Below the pieces are notes generated by a model. That model did not search any database, was not told where the DNA came from, and saw only the letters and a program-made list of their open reading frames with translations. DNA of 60,013 bases from Sphingobium sp. (lineage in GTDB: Bacteria > Pseudomonadota > Alphaproteobacteria > Sphingomonadales > Sphingomonadaceae): the NCBI GenBank assembly GCA_035278405.1, contig DATEJA010000240.1, forward strand, positions 1-60,013, given 5' to 3'. The translations under genes were made by a program, and so were the position numbers. Positions 39,888 through 48,942 of the stretch are shown one piece after another; the stretch's first letter is position 1, and the number at the start of each line of letters is the position of its first letter.

Positions 39888-41162
39888 TCAGCGGATCACT
39901 CCCGCGCTGCGCCAGGCTTCGATCTGATCGGCGGTGAAGCCGGCCTGGGCGAGTATCTCGTCGCTATGTTCGCCCTGGCGCGGGCCGGGGCGGGCGACGC
40001 GGCCCGGCGTTTCCGACATCTTGATCGGCACGCCGGCGATGTAGACGGTTTCGGGGATGCCGGGCACGTCGATCGGCACCAGCATCTCGCGCGCGGCGAA
40101 ATGTTCGTCCTGCGCGATGTCGGCCATGGTGTAGACCGGCCCGAAGGGGATCTTGCCGCCCAGCTTGTCGGTCAGTTCCTGCCGCGTGAACTTGCGGGTC
40201 ATTTCCGATATGATGAGGTCGAGCGGGCGGCCGGCGCTGGCGCGCGCCTGCTGCGAGGAATAGGCTTCGATCTGCGGGATTTCGGGGGAGCCCAGTTCGT
40301 TGCAGAGCGTCTGGAAGAAATCCTGCGACACGGTCGCCACCGCGACATGGCCATCCTTGGCCGGGTAGATGCCGAAGGGCGACATCAGCGGATGGAAATT
40401 GCCCTCGGGCTTGGCGATGATCTTGCCGAAGGACCATTGATGCACGATCCGCTCGGTCGTCGCCAGCATCGCATCGACCATCGACACGTCGACAAACTGG
40501 CCCTCGCCGGTGCTGCGGGCGCGGATTACCGCCGCCAGCACGCCGATGGTGAGGTAGAGGGCGGGCACGATGTCGCCGACGCCGGGCCCGATCTTCATCG
40601 GCTGGTCGGCGTCCGGGCCGGTGATGCCGGCGATGCCGCCCATCGCCTGCGCGACCACGTCGAAAGCGGGCCAGTTGACATAGGGGCTGGCGCCGCTGCG
40701 CGGATCGCCGAAGCCGCGCACGGTGGCGTAGACTAGCTTGGGGTTGCGCTCGCGCAGCACTTCATAGCCAAGGCCGAGGCGATCCATCACGCCGGCGCGG
40801 AAATTTTCCACCACCACGTCGAATTGCGGCACCAGCGCCAGGATGAGGTCGCGCCCCTCCGGCTGCTTCAGGTCGACGACGACGCTCTTCTTGTTGCGGT
40901 TGATGCTGTGGAAGTAACCGGAATTGACCTTCTCGGTATCGGCGGCGTGGAAGGGGCCGGTGACGCGCGCCAGGTCGCCGCTGACCAGCGGTTCGATCTT
41001 CACGACTTCCGCGCCATGATCGCCCAGCATCTGGGTGCAATAGGGGCCGGCCAGCGCCTGCGTCAGGTCCAGGACCCGCAGGCCCGCGAGCGCGCCCCAA
41101 CCGGCCGCAGCGGCGGCCGCCTCTCCCTTATTTCTGCTGACTTCGTTCATATCTTTTTCCAT
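39888..41162 (-). CDS. Family III CoA-transferase (CaiB/BaiF)
   Basis: LAGPYCTQMLGDHGAEVVKIE, NRNKKS, ENFRAG, PAFD and GVGD. Confidence 0.93.
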   Translation of the reverse strand: MEKDMNEVSRNKGEAAAAAAGWGALAGLRVLDLTQALAGPYCTQMLGDHGAEVVKIEPLVSGDLARVTGPFHAADTEKVNSGYFHSINRNKKSVVVDLKQPEGRDLILALVPQFDVVVENFRAGVMDRLGLGYEVLRERNPKLVYATVRGFGDPRSGASPYVNWPAFDVVAQAMGGIAGITGPDADQPMKIGPGVGDIVPALYLTIGVLAAVIRARSTGEGQFVDVSMVDAMLATTERIVHQWSFGKIIAKPEGNFHPLMSPFGIYPAKDGHVAVATVSQDFFQTLCNELGSPEIPQIEAYSSQQARASAGRPLDLIISEMTRKFTRQELTDKLGGKIPFGPVYTMADIAQDEHFAAREMLVPIDVPGIPETVYIAGVPIKMSETPGRVARPGPRQGEHSDEILAQAGFTADQIEAWRSAGVIR

Positions 41163-41175
41163 GCCCCATGCCCGG

Positions 41176-41196
41176 GCGGGTTCAAAATATATATGT
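41176..41196. promoter_or_regulatory. Candidate operator, copy 2 (GCGGGTTCAAAATATATATGT)
   Basis: AT-rich motif between the divergent CoA-transferase and IclR genes; near-identical to 37877-37897. Confidence 0.6.
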
Positions 41197-41263
41197 ATTT
41201 CCGCGAGCCTGACAGCTAACGGGGGCAGCGGATGCGTTCATGCAGGAGAGGGAAGGCCGCCCC

Positions 41264-42016
41264 ATGCGGATCGTGAAATCGGCGCGACGGACGCTCGACC
41301 TTCTGGAATATTTCGCGGCGATCCGACGCCCGGCGACGGTGTCGGAAATCGAACGGGTGCTCGACATGCCCCAGTCCAGCGCGTCGGTTCTGCTGCGCAG
41401 TATGGTGGCGCTGGGCTATCTGGAATATCTGCGCGAGGATCGGACATTCCGCCCGACCTTGCGCGTCGCCAAGCTGGGCGACTGGATCCACCATGGCCTG
41501 CCGAGCCCGCTGACGGCCGAACTGGAGGGACTGCGCGACCAGTTGCAGGAATCGATCGTGCTCGGCCGGCGGCATGGCGCGCAGGTGGAGTTCATCTATT
41601 ATCTGATGGCCGATCGCGACGTCCAATTCTACGCCCGGCGCAATTCGCTCCAGCCCATGACGGTGAGCGCGGTGGGCAACGCCCTGCTGACCCAGCTGCC
41701 GCCGGCGGAGGTGCGCGGCATCATCCGGCGGAACAATGCGGATGCCGCCTCGCCGCGCCAGATCGTCAATGAAGCCGAACTGCTGCAATCGCTGGAGCGT
41801 GACCGCGAGCGCGGCTTTTCCGAAACCGAAGCGGCCTTTGGCGGCGAGCGGGAATTTCACGTCATCGCCAAGGTCCTGCCGGAAAATGAGGCAACCGAGC
41901 GGTTCGCGGTGGGGGTCGGGGGACCACGCAAGCGGATGCTCGATAATCGCGATACGGTCCTGCGCGCGCTGGAAGAATGGGTCGCGCGCGCAGCCGTTTC
42001 CCGCGAACCGGACTAA
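41264..42016 (+). CDS. IclR family regulator
   Basis: VKSARRTLDLLEYF...MPQSSASVLLRSMVALGYL; SAVGNALL; RERGFS. Confidence 0.92.
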   Translation: MRIVKSARRTLDLLEYFAAIRRPATVSEIERVLDMPQSSASVLLRSMVALGYLEYLREDRTFRPTLRVAKLGDWIHHGLPSPLTAELEGLRDQLQESIVLGRRHGAQVEFIYYLMADRDVQFYARRNSLQPMTVSAVGNALLTQLPPAEVRGIIRRNNADAASPRQIVNEAELLQSLERDRERGFSETEAAFGGEREFHVIAKVLPENEATERFAVGVGGPRKRMLDNRDTVLRALEEWVARAAVSREPD

Positions 42017-42050
42017 GCGAGCCGGGCCATGTCGTGCCCGGCTCATGGGT

Positions 42051-43331
42051 TCAGCCCGCCGCCAGAGCGGTGAGCGGGCTTTCGATGATGTCCTTCAAGA
42101 TGGTGAGGAAGCGTTCCGCCGCCGCGCCATCGATGATCCGATGGTCATGAGTCAGACTGTAGGGCAGCATCGGTGCGATCACGATCTCGTCATTGCGCAC
42201 GATCGGCTTCTTGATGAGGCGGCCGATCCCCAGGATGCCCGCTTCGGGCATGTTGATGATGGGGGTCGAATAGGAACTGACGCCGACCGATCCGAACACA
42301 CTGACGGTGAAGGTGCCGCCGGACATGTCCTCCGGCATCAGTCGGTCGCTGCGCGCCTTTTCGCCCAGCGCCTTGGCATCCTGGGAGATTTCGACCAGCG
42401 ACTTGCGCCCCGCTTCGCGGATGACGGGGACGACCAGCCCCTTTTCGCCATGATCGCCTAGCGCGACGGCCATGCCGACATTCACATTCTTCCAGACCTT
42501 GATTTCATTGTCGATCAGGCTGGAATTCATGAAGGGGAAACGCTTGAGCGCGCGCGACACAGCCCAGATCAGCAGTTCGGCATAGGTGATGCGGGTGCCC
42601 AGATCGGCTTCGCGCGCCACCAGCTGCTCGCGATATTGCACCATCGCCGTGAAGTCGAAGTCGCCCGACATGGTGTTGGGCGCGTTGACGACCAGGCTCT
42701 TCATCATATTTTCGCCGATGACCTTGCGCATCCCGCGATAGGGGATGATTTCGGCCACCTGCTTGTCCGCCGGGCCGCTCGCAACGGCGGCGGGCGCCGC
42801 GACCGAAACGGGCGCGGCCGGCGCTGCCGCGAGAGGAGCGGCGGTGCCGCCGGCGATCGCCTTTTCCACGTCCGCCTTCTGGATGCGGCCATTGGGGCCG
42901 CTGCCGGTGAGGGCGCGGATGTCGAGCCCATGTTCGGCAGCGATCCGGCGCGCGACCGGGGTGATGAAGATATGGCCGCGCGCGTCGTCATCGGCGGCCG
43001 CGTCGGCGGGCGCCGCCTCGGCCGGAACCGCTGCCGCAGCGGGCGGCGCGGGCGCGTCGGCCTGCACGCCCTGCGAGAGCGAGGCATATTCTTCCGGGGT
43101 TTCGGCGAGCAGGGCGATGACCGTGCTCACATCCGCCTCGGCGCCCTGTGGCAGCAGGATGTGGACGAAGCCCGAGCGAGGCGCGGGCATTTCGAAGGTG
43201 GATTTTTCCGCCTCCAGGTCGACGATCGTGTCGCCCTTTTCGATCCGGCCGCCTTGCTCCACCTTCCATTCGGTCAGCGTGACCACGGCGGCGGCCATGC
43301 CCAGCTTGGGAACGATAATTTCCTCGATCAT
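42051..43331 (-). CDS. Dihydrolipoamide acyltransferase (E2)
   Basis: Lipoyl domain (EAEKST), PSBD (TPVARRIA...GSGPNGRI) and catalytic HDHRIIDGA. Confidence 0.93.
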   Translation of the reverse strand: MIEEIIVPKLGMAAAVVTLTEWKVEQGGRIEKGDTIVDLEAEKSTFEMPAPRSGFVHILLPQGAEADVSTVIALLAETPEEYASLSQGVQADAPAPPAAAAVPAEAAPADAAADDDARGHIFITPVARRIAAEHGLDIRALTGSGPNGRIQKADVEKAIAGGTAAPLAAAPAAPVSVAAPAAVASGPADKQVAEIIPYRGMRKVIGENMMKSLVVNAPNTMSGDFDFTAMVQYREQLVAREADLGTRITYAELLIWAVSRALKRFPFMNSSLIDNEIKVWKNVNVGMAVALGDHGEKGLVVPVIREAGRKSLVEISQDAKALGEKARSDRLMPEDMSGGTFTVSVFGSVGVSSYSTPIINMPEAGILGIGRLIKKPIVRNDEIVIAPMLPYSLTHDHRIIDGAAAERFLTILKDIIESPLTALAAG

Positions 43332-43347
43332 TGCTGTCCCCCCATGG

Positions 43348-44382
43348 TCATTTGGTCGCGTAGAGGCTGAGCGCGCCGATCGTGTTGTCGACCGACACGC
43401 GCTCGCAACCGATCAGATCGGTGATTGCGTCGGCAATCTCCTGCGGCTGGGGCAGCACGAATTTCTCGACCGAGGTGGCGGGCACCCAGCCCTTGGTGCC
43501 GATGCGCTTGACCGGGCCATCCAGCCAGTCGAACGCATGTTCCATGATCTGCATCGCGATCTCGCCGCCGACACCGCAGGTGATATAATCCTCGTCCACC
43601 ACCAGGGCGCGGTTGGTCTTCTTCACCGACTTGACGATCGTGGCGATGTCGAGCGGGACCAGCGTGCGCGGGTCGACGATCTCGACGCTGATGCCCTTGT
43701 CGGCGAGCTTCGCCGCGACATTCTGGCAGAGCGAGACCATGTAGCCGGTGGCGACGACGGTGACGTCCTTGCCCTCGCGCTTGATGTCGGCGACGCCGAA
43801 GGGAATGGCGTCATCCTCGCCCGGCTCCAGGATCGGCACCGGGCCCTTTTCGCGCATCAGTCGCTTGTGGAAATAATAGCAGACCGGATTGTTGTCGCGG
43901 ATCGCGGTCTTGAGCAGCCCGCGCGCGTCGGTGATGCTGGTCGGCACGACGAGCTTGAGGCCCGGAATGTGCATGACCTGCGCCTCCGGACAGCCGGAAT
44001 GTTCCGCGCCCAGCCCCAGATAACCGCCCATGGTGGTCAGGATCACCATCGGCAGGTCCAGCTTGCCGCCATGCATGAAGCGGTTCTTGCCTGCCAGCGT
44101 CATCGCGGCATAGGCCGGCGTCAGGAAGTCTGCCATCATCGGGTCGATTATCGGGCGGAAGCCCTGCTGCGCCATGCCGATGCCGGCGGAGACCATGGTG
44201 TTTTCGATGAGCCCGGTTTCGACCACGCGATTGGGGCCGAATTCCTGGTAGAGGCCGGTGGTCATGCCCATGGCGCTGCCGACCACGCACTCGCCCATGT
44301 AGATGACCCGTTCATCCCGAGCCATCTCCTCGCGGATGGTCTCGTTCATGACCTGGAGCATCGTCTTTTCTTGCGTCTTCAT
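43348..44382 (-). CDS. 2-oxoacid / acetoin dehydrogenase E1 beta subunit
   Basis: EFGPNRVVETGLIE, EHSG, IPGLKLVVP, DPRTLVPLD and LDGPVKR. Confidence 0.92.
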   Translation of the reverse strand: MKTQEKTMLQVMNETIREEMARDERVIYMGECVVGSAMGMTTGLYQEFGPNRVVETGLIENTMVSAGIGMAQQGFRPIIDPMMADFLTPAYAAMTLAGKNRFMHGGKLDLPMVILTTMGGYLGLGAEHSGCPEAQVMHIPGLKLVVPTSITDARGLLKTAIRDNNPVCYYFHKRLMREKGPVPILEPGEDDAIPFGVADIKREGKDVTVVATGYMVSLCQNVAAKLADKGISVEIVDPRTLVPLDIATIVKSVKKTNRALVVDEDYITCGVGGEIAMQIMEHAFDWLDGPVKRIGTKGWVPATSVEKFVLPQPQEIADAITDLIGCERVSVDNTIGALSLYATK

Positions 44383-44409
44383 CGCTTTTGCGTCCTTTCC
44401 CGATGCCCG

Positions 44410-45393
44410 TCAGTCTGCAAACAGCAGCGATTGCAGATGTTCGAAGCTGGGGATGGTGGGGGCGTCGAGCGCCAGGCGATAGCCCTCGTCAATCTCGTCG
44501 CGCACTTCCTGGTGGATGCGGTCGATATCGGCCTGCGTCAGGATCTTGGCGTCCAACAGCTTGGCGCCGAACAGCTTGATCGGATCCTTGTCGCGCAGCC
44601 AGCGGTCCGCCTCATCCTTGGAGCGGGGCTGGTCCATCGACACGTCCGGCCCGCCTTCGCTATGGCCGCGCAGGCGGTAGGTCTTGCACTCGATCAGGCT
44701 GGGGCCTTCGCCGGCACGGGCGCGGGCGACGGCGGCCTGCACCGAATTGTGCACGGCAACGACGTCCTGGCCGTCGACGATCTCGCCGGGGATGCCGTAG
44801 CCGGGCGCGAACTTCGCGATGTCCTTGTTGAGCAGATAGGTGCTCAACGGGGTGTGCTGGCCCATTTCGTTATTTTCGATGACGACGACCAGCGGCAGGC
44901 GGTTGGCGGCCGCGAAGTTCAGCGCCTCGTGGAACTCGGCCTTGGCGGCGGCGGAGTCGCCTTCGAACGCGACGACGACGCGCTGCTTGCCGGCGAGCTT
45001 GGCCGCCATCGCTGTGCCGGACGCCAGCCCCAGATTCTCCGCGATCAGCGCGGTGTACATGGGAAAGCCCTTTTCCGGCGCGCAGGGATGCCAGCCCGAT
45101 GCGCCGCCGCTGTTGCCGGTCAGCTTGCCATAATGTTCCGCGATGATGGATTCGATCGACACGCCGCGCGGAATGAGCTTGCTGATCCCATGGCCGCGAT
45201 GGGTGGCGTAGATGGAATCGCCTTCTTCCAGGAAGGTGCAGCCGCCGACGCCGACCGCTTCCTGAACCTGCGTGCTATGGTAGAAAAGCGGCAGCTTGCC
45301 CGACATCAGGGCATCGATGAACCATTGATCCAGTTCGCGAACCCGAACGAGATTCTCGAACAGCGTCACCTTTTGTGCGTCCGTGAGTTCCAT
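44410..45393 (-). CDS. 2-oxoacid / acetoin dehydrogenase E1 alpha subunit (ThDP-dependent)
   Basis: THRGHG, GDS...ENN ThDP motif variant, VDGQD and TYRLRGHSEG; start trimmed to MELTDAQK. Confidence 0.92.
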   Translation of the reverse strand: MELTDAQKVTLFENLVRVRELDQWFIDALMSGKLPLFYHSTQVQEAVGVGGCTFLEEGDSIYATHRGHGISKLIPRGVSIESIIAEHYGKLTGNSGGASGWHPCAPEKGFPMYTALIAENLGLASGTAMAAKLAGKQRVVVAFEGDSAAAKAEFHEALNFAAANRLPLVVVIENNEMGQHTPLSTYLLNKDIAKFAPGYGIPGEIVDGQDVVAVHNSVQAAVARARAGEGPSLIECKTYRLRGHSEGGPDVSMDQPRSKDEADRWLRDKDPIKLFGAKLLDAKILTQADIDRIHQEVRDEIDEGYRLALDAPTIPSFEHLQSLLFAD

Positions 45394-45603
45394 ATCCTCG
45401 CCTTCCGTGCGGCGATCGCTCGCCTGTGTTGAACTGGATTTAGAATAAATAATCGGCTGGGGCCAGCTTTCCGATGATGTACAGGAAAAAAAAGGCTGTC
45501 GAAAAGGGTGTTCGGGGTGGGTGCGGCTCCCCGATGCCGGGCCGTGGCGGGCCAAAGCTCGCGCGGTCTGAACCAGGCCGGGGCCTGGCTGGAAAATCTG
45601 CCT

Positions 45604-45665
45604 AAAAAAAGGGCCGGCGTTGCCGCCGGCCGATGAGTTAGGAGAGGATGCCTGAAAGGCCCTTC
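45604..45665 (-). ncRNA. Candidate small RNA, MmgR/suhB (alpha-r8)-like
   Basis: Minus strand: hairpin GCCTTTCAGGC, anti-SD tract ATCCTCTCCT, terminator GGCCGGCG-GCAA-CGCCGGCC followed by a T-run; upstream TTGCAT...TTGTGCC. The family call is inference. Confidence 0.5.
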
Positions 45666-45804
45666 CTCAATGGCACAATTTTCGCGCGATGCAACATAAA
45701 AACGAACGGGTATCAGTTATTTTTCGAAAAGCTTCGTAAATTGGCGGCTTTTCCGCCGGAGCGATGCGGCGGGGGAAAAGCCCGAGGCTGCGAGGGCGGC
45801 CGAA

Positions 45805-46428
45805 TCACCGCCCCGTGATCGCGTCATTGGGATCGATGCTGCGAATGGCGCTGGGCGCCGCTTCGGATGCCAGCGGACCGGCGGTGTCCGGGGTGGCGCC
45901 CGGCCCGGCGCCGGACAGGCTGACCTCCTTGTCGACATAGACGTCGAACGTCGTGCCGGCGCGCAGCGTGACATCCTTGCCGCGAATGATGAGCGCCAGC
46001 GGCAGGAAGACGATGCCGGCGCCGACCGCGCCCAGCGTCCCCGACTGGCCCTTGGCATTGCGGTCGCCGCGCACGGGCACGTCGGTCTGGCCGGCCCTGA
46101 TCCTGCTGACCTTGATGTCCAGCTTGCCCGATCGGCCGAGCAGGCCGTTGTCGCGGGCCTGGACGACTTCGCCGACGACCGGGCTTCCGGCCGGGATGAC
46201 CGGCACGCCGCCGATCGTCACCGCCTTCGCGACGGCCAGGTCCACCTCGTCACCGACATGCGCGGTCTTGGACGACACGTCCTGCCGAACCTGCAGGGGG
46301 ATGGCCATGCCCTCGGGCAGGATCACCGACTGGGCGAGCGCGGGCGCAGCGATCACCGCCGACAGGAGCAGCGGCGCGGTCGCCAGCAGGGGGGCATGCC
46401 ACCGCTTCGACGATGCAGCACGGATCAT
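45805..46428 (-). CDS. Exported hypothetical protein (TrbI/VirB10-like beta fold possible)
   Basis: Signal peptide ending APALAQ; VSSKTAHVGD, IPAGSPVVGEV, GRSGKL and GKDVTLRAGT. Confidence 0.75.
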   Translation of the reverse strand: MIRAASSKRWHAPLLATAPLLLSAVIAAPALAQSVILPEGMAIPLQVRQDVSSKTAHVGDEVDLAVAKAVTIGGVPVIPAGSPVVGEVVQARDNGLLGRSGKLDIKVSRIRAGQTDVPVRGDRNAKGQSGTLGAVGAGIVFLPLALIIRGKDVTLRAGTTFDVYVDKEVSLSGAGPGATPDTAGPLASEAAPSAIRSIDPNDAITGR

Positions 46429-46645
46429 GGGGACATCCTTTCGCCTGGCGCCAGACGAGACAGGTGGCGTCGGGCCGATTCTACGCTCCTGAAGGCGCTG
46501 CTTCAAGCGAGCAGCGGGCGGCTGGGCGGAACGAGCGACCGGCAGGACGGTGCGGGCGAAGGGCAAAAGCAATTCTGGCAAAATCGTCCCGGCCGGGTTA
46601 TCTCCGGCCCAGGATTTGAACATAAAATAAGCCAAGGAGGCGGAG

Positions 46646-47500
46646 TTGGACATTGTCGACACGCAGGTTCATTTGTTCCTCACCATGGACGACGACACGG
46701 CGATCCAGGTGATGGATGCGCTGGGCATCGCCTCTGCCCTGATCGACGAGGCATGGGACTTCGGCGACCATAGCATCCCTCATTCGGCCAACCCTGCCTA
46801 CCGGCTACCGAGCGGCCATTATCGCGCCATTTCGCCGGGCGGGCAGAAGGCGGCGATGCGCCGGCCCGATCGCTTCAGCTATCTGCTGCGCATCAATCCG
46901 GAGGATCCGGAGATGGAAGGCTGGATGGAGCAAGCGGCCGCGACGCCGGGCTTCCGCGCCTTCCGCCATGTGTCCATGGGTCCGGCCGAGGAAGCCGCCG
47001 CCGCCGCCGGGGAGCGCATGGCCTTCTTCAAGGCGGCCGAACGGATCGGCCTGCCCGTGTTCATCGGCACCCCCGGCCAGGTCGCCGCCTTCGAACAATA
47101 TATCCGCGCCTGCCCGGCGCTGCCCGTCATCTTCGACCATTGCGGCATCGCCAAATCGGACGAGCAGTTCGACGACCTGCTGCGGCTGGCGCGATATGAA
47201 ACGGTGCACGTGAAATGGAGCCATGGGCCGCTGATCTTCGATGCGAAGGCCTATCCCTTCCCGGAAGTGCGGCCCTATCTGGCGCGCGCGCTCGATGCCT
47301 TCGGCCGCGAACGGATGATGTGGGGCAGCGACTTCAGCGCGATCCCCTATGTCCGCGCGGCGGTGGGCACGGGACCCGAGTTCAGCTGGAGCGAGGCGCT
47401 CTATTATGTGCGCGACAATCCGGACCTGTCGGAAAGCGACCTGGAATGGCTGCTGGGCCGCACCGCGCGCCAGGTGCTGAAATGGGAGCGGGCGAACTGA
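46646..47500 (+). CDS. Amidohydrolase, lactonase-like (COG3618-type)
   Basis: DTQVH, IFDHCG and MMWGSDF; AAGGAGG RBS before a TTG start. Confidence 0.85.
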   Translation: MDIVDTQVHLFLTMDDDTAIQVMDALGIASALIDEAWDFGDHSIPHSANPAYRLPSGHYRAISPGGQKAAMRRPDRFSYLLRINPEDPEMEGWMEQAAATPGFRAFRHVSMGPAEEAAAAAGERMAFFKAAERIGLPVFIGTPGQVAAFEQYIRACPALPVIFDHCGIAKSDEQFDDLLRLARYETVHVKWSHGPLIFDAKAYPFPEVRPYLARALDAFGRERMMWGSDFSAIPYVRAAVGTGPEFSWSEALYYVRDNPDLSESDLEWLLGRTARQVLKWERAN

Positions 47501-47567
47501 TCGCTGATCGCTGAAACAGGATCGGATGCCGCCCGTCGAAGAGGCGGCACGAGCCGGAGGAGAGGGC

Positions 47568-48362
47568 ATGACCAAGCGCGAAGACGGCCGGCTGGCCGGC
47601 AAGGTGGCGATCATCACCGGCGCCAGCACGGGATGCGGGCCGGAAATGGCGAAGCTGTTCGTGCGGGAAGGCGCCTGCGTGCTGCTGGCGGCGCGACGGC
47701 TGGAACTGGTGGAACGGGCCGCAGCGGAAGCGGGCGAGGGCGCCATCGCCATCCGCGCCGACATCACCAGCGAGGCGGATGTGCGCGCCATGGTCGCCCG
47801 CTGCATGGATGGCTTCGGCCAGGTCGACATCCTGCTCAACAATGCAGCGACGCCGGGGCAGGACAAATATATCTGGGAACAGACGCTGGACAATTGGAAC
47901 GCCACGATCGCGGTCGACCTGACCGGCGCGATGCTCTGCACCCGCGAAGTGCTGAACCAGTCGATGCTGGCGCGCAAGGCCGGCTCCATCGTCAATTTTT
48001 CATCGACGGCCGGCTTTTCCGGGCAGGTGCGCAAGGGCCATTATGTATCGGCCAAAGCCGCGTTGCGCGCCTTCACCAAGAATGTCGCGCTGGAAGTCGG
48101 GCAATATGGCATCCGCTGCAACTGCCTGGTCCCCGGCGCGATCGAGACGGAGCTGTTCAAGAACTGGGTGAACCGCCTTTCCGCCGAACAAGGCGTGGCG
48201 CCGGAGGATTTTTCGCGCGACTTTCTCAGCCACACCGCGCTCCAGACGATCTCGCAACCGCAGGACATCGCCAATCTGGCGCTGTTCCTGGCAAGCGACG
48301 AGAGCCGCACGATCACCGGCCAGTCGATCGTGATCGACGCCGGCCATGTCCTGCATGGCTGA
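47568..48362 (+). CDS. SDR family oxidoreductase
   Basis: TGASTGCG, NNAA, YVSAK and ITGQSIVIDAG. Confidence 0.92.
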   Translation: MTKREDGRLAGKVAIITGASTGCGPEMAKLFVREGACVLLAARRLELVERAAAEAGEGAIAIRADITSEADVRAMVARCMDGFGQVDILLNNAATPGQDKYIWEQTLDNWNATIAVDLTGAMLCTREVLNQSMLARKAGSIVNFSSTAGFSGQVRKGHYVSAKAALRAFTKNVALEVGQYGIRCNCLVPGAIETELFKNWVNRLSAEQGVAPEDFSRDFLSHTALQTISQPQDIANLALFLASDESRTITGQSIVIDAGHVLHG

Positions 48363-48390
48363 GCGCAGCCCGGAAGGAGAAAGTCCGCCG

Positions 48391-48885
48391 ATGAGCAATT
48401 TCGACATTCTGGAAGCGCGCCTGCGCGCCGTCGAGGACCAGCTGGCCATCTATCAGCTGGTTTGCGGCTATGGCTATGCCGTGGACGGTTGCAACACGCA
48501 GGCGGTGGGATCGCTCTACGCGCCGGATGGCGTCTATGCCGTCGCCGACTTCGCCACCATGGAAGGCCGCGAGCGGATCGCCGGCATCACCAACGAAGAG
48601 GGTCATCGCACGCTGGTGGGGCGAGGCTGCGCCCATATGTCGACATTGCCCTATGTCGTCATCCACGGCGATCGGGCGGTCGCCACCTGCCATACGATGG
48701 TCGTCGAACATCGCGCGGAAGGCTTTGGCGTCGCCCGGCTCAGCGCCTCGCGCCTGCAGCTGTCGCGCAAGCCGGAGGGCGGCTGGCAGATCGACCATCG
48801 GCAGAATTTCATGCTCGACGGCGGTGCCGCCGGCCCGGCCCTGCTGGCCCGGCTGCAGCAAGGGCCCGCGCCCCTCACGCCATGA
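48391..48885 (+). CDS. NTF2/SnoaL-like protein (LinA/BaiE/scytalone dehydratase fold)
   Basis: RLRAVEDQLAIYQLVCGYGYAVD, CAH, GDRAVA and GGWQIDHR; AAGGAG RBS. Confidence 0.85.
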   Translation: MSNFDILEARLRAVEDQLAIYQLVCGYGYAVDGCNTQAVGSLYAPDGVYAVADFATMEGRERIAGITNEEGHRTLVGRGCAHMSTLPYVVIHGDRAVATCHTMVVEHRAEGFGVARLSASRLQLSRKPEGGWQIDHRQNFMLDGGAAGPALLARLQQGPAPLTP

Positions 48886-48920
48886 AAAAGGCGGCGCCGG
48901 TCCGTCCGGCGCCGCCTCTT
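48886..48920. terminator. Bidirectional Rho-independent terminator
   Basis: AAAAAGGCGGCGCCGG-TCCGT-CCGGCGCCGCCTCTT between convergent genes. Confidence 0.75.
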
Positions 48921-48942
48921 GGCTCCGCAAGGAGAAGGGAGA

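Noticed and set aside
42745-45432. 895-aa plus-strand ORF
   Set aside because: Antisense shadow of the E1a/E1b/E2 genes; it has no motifs and such ORFs are typical of high-GC codon bias.
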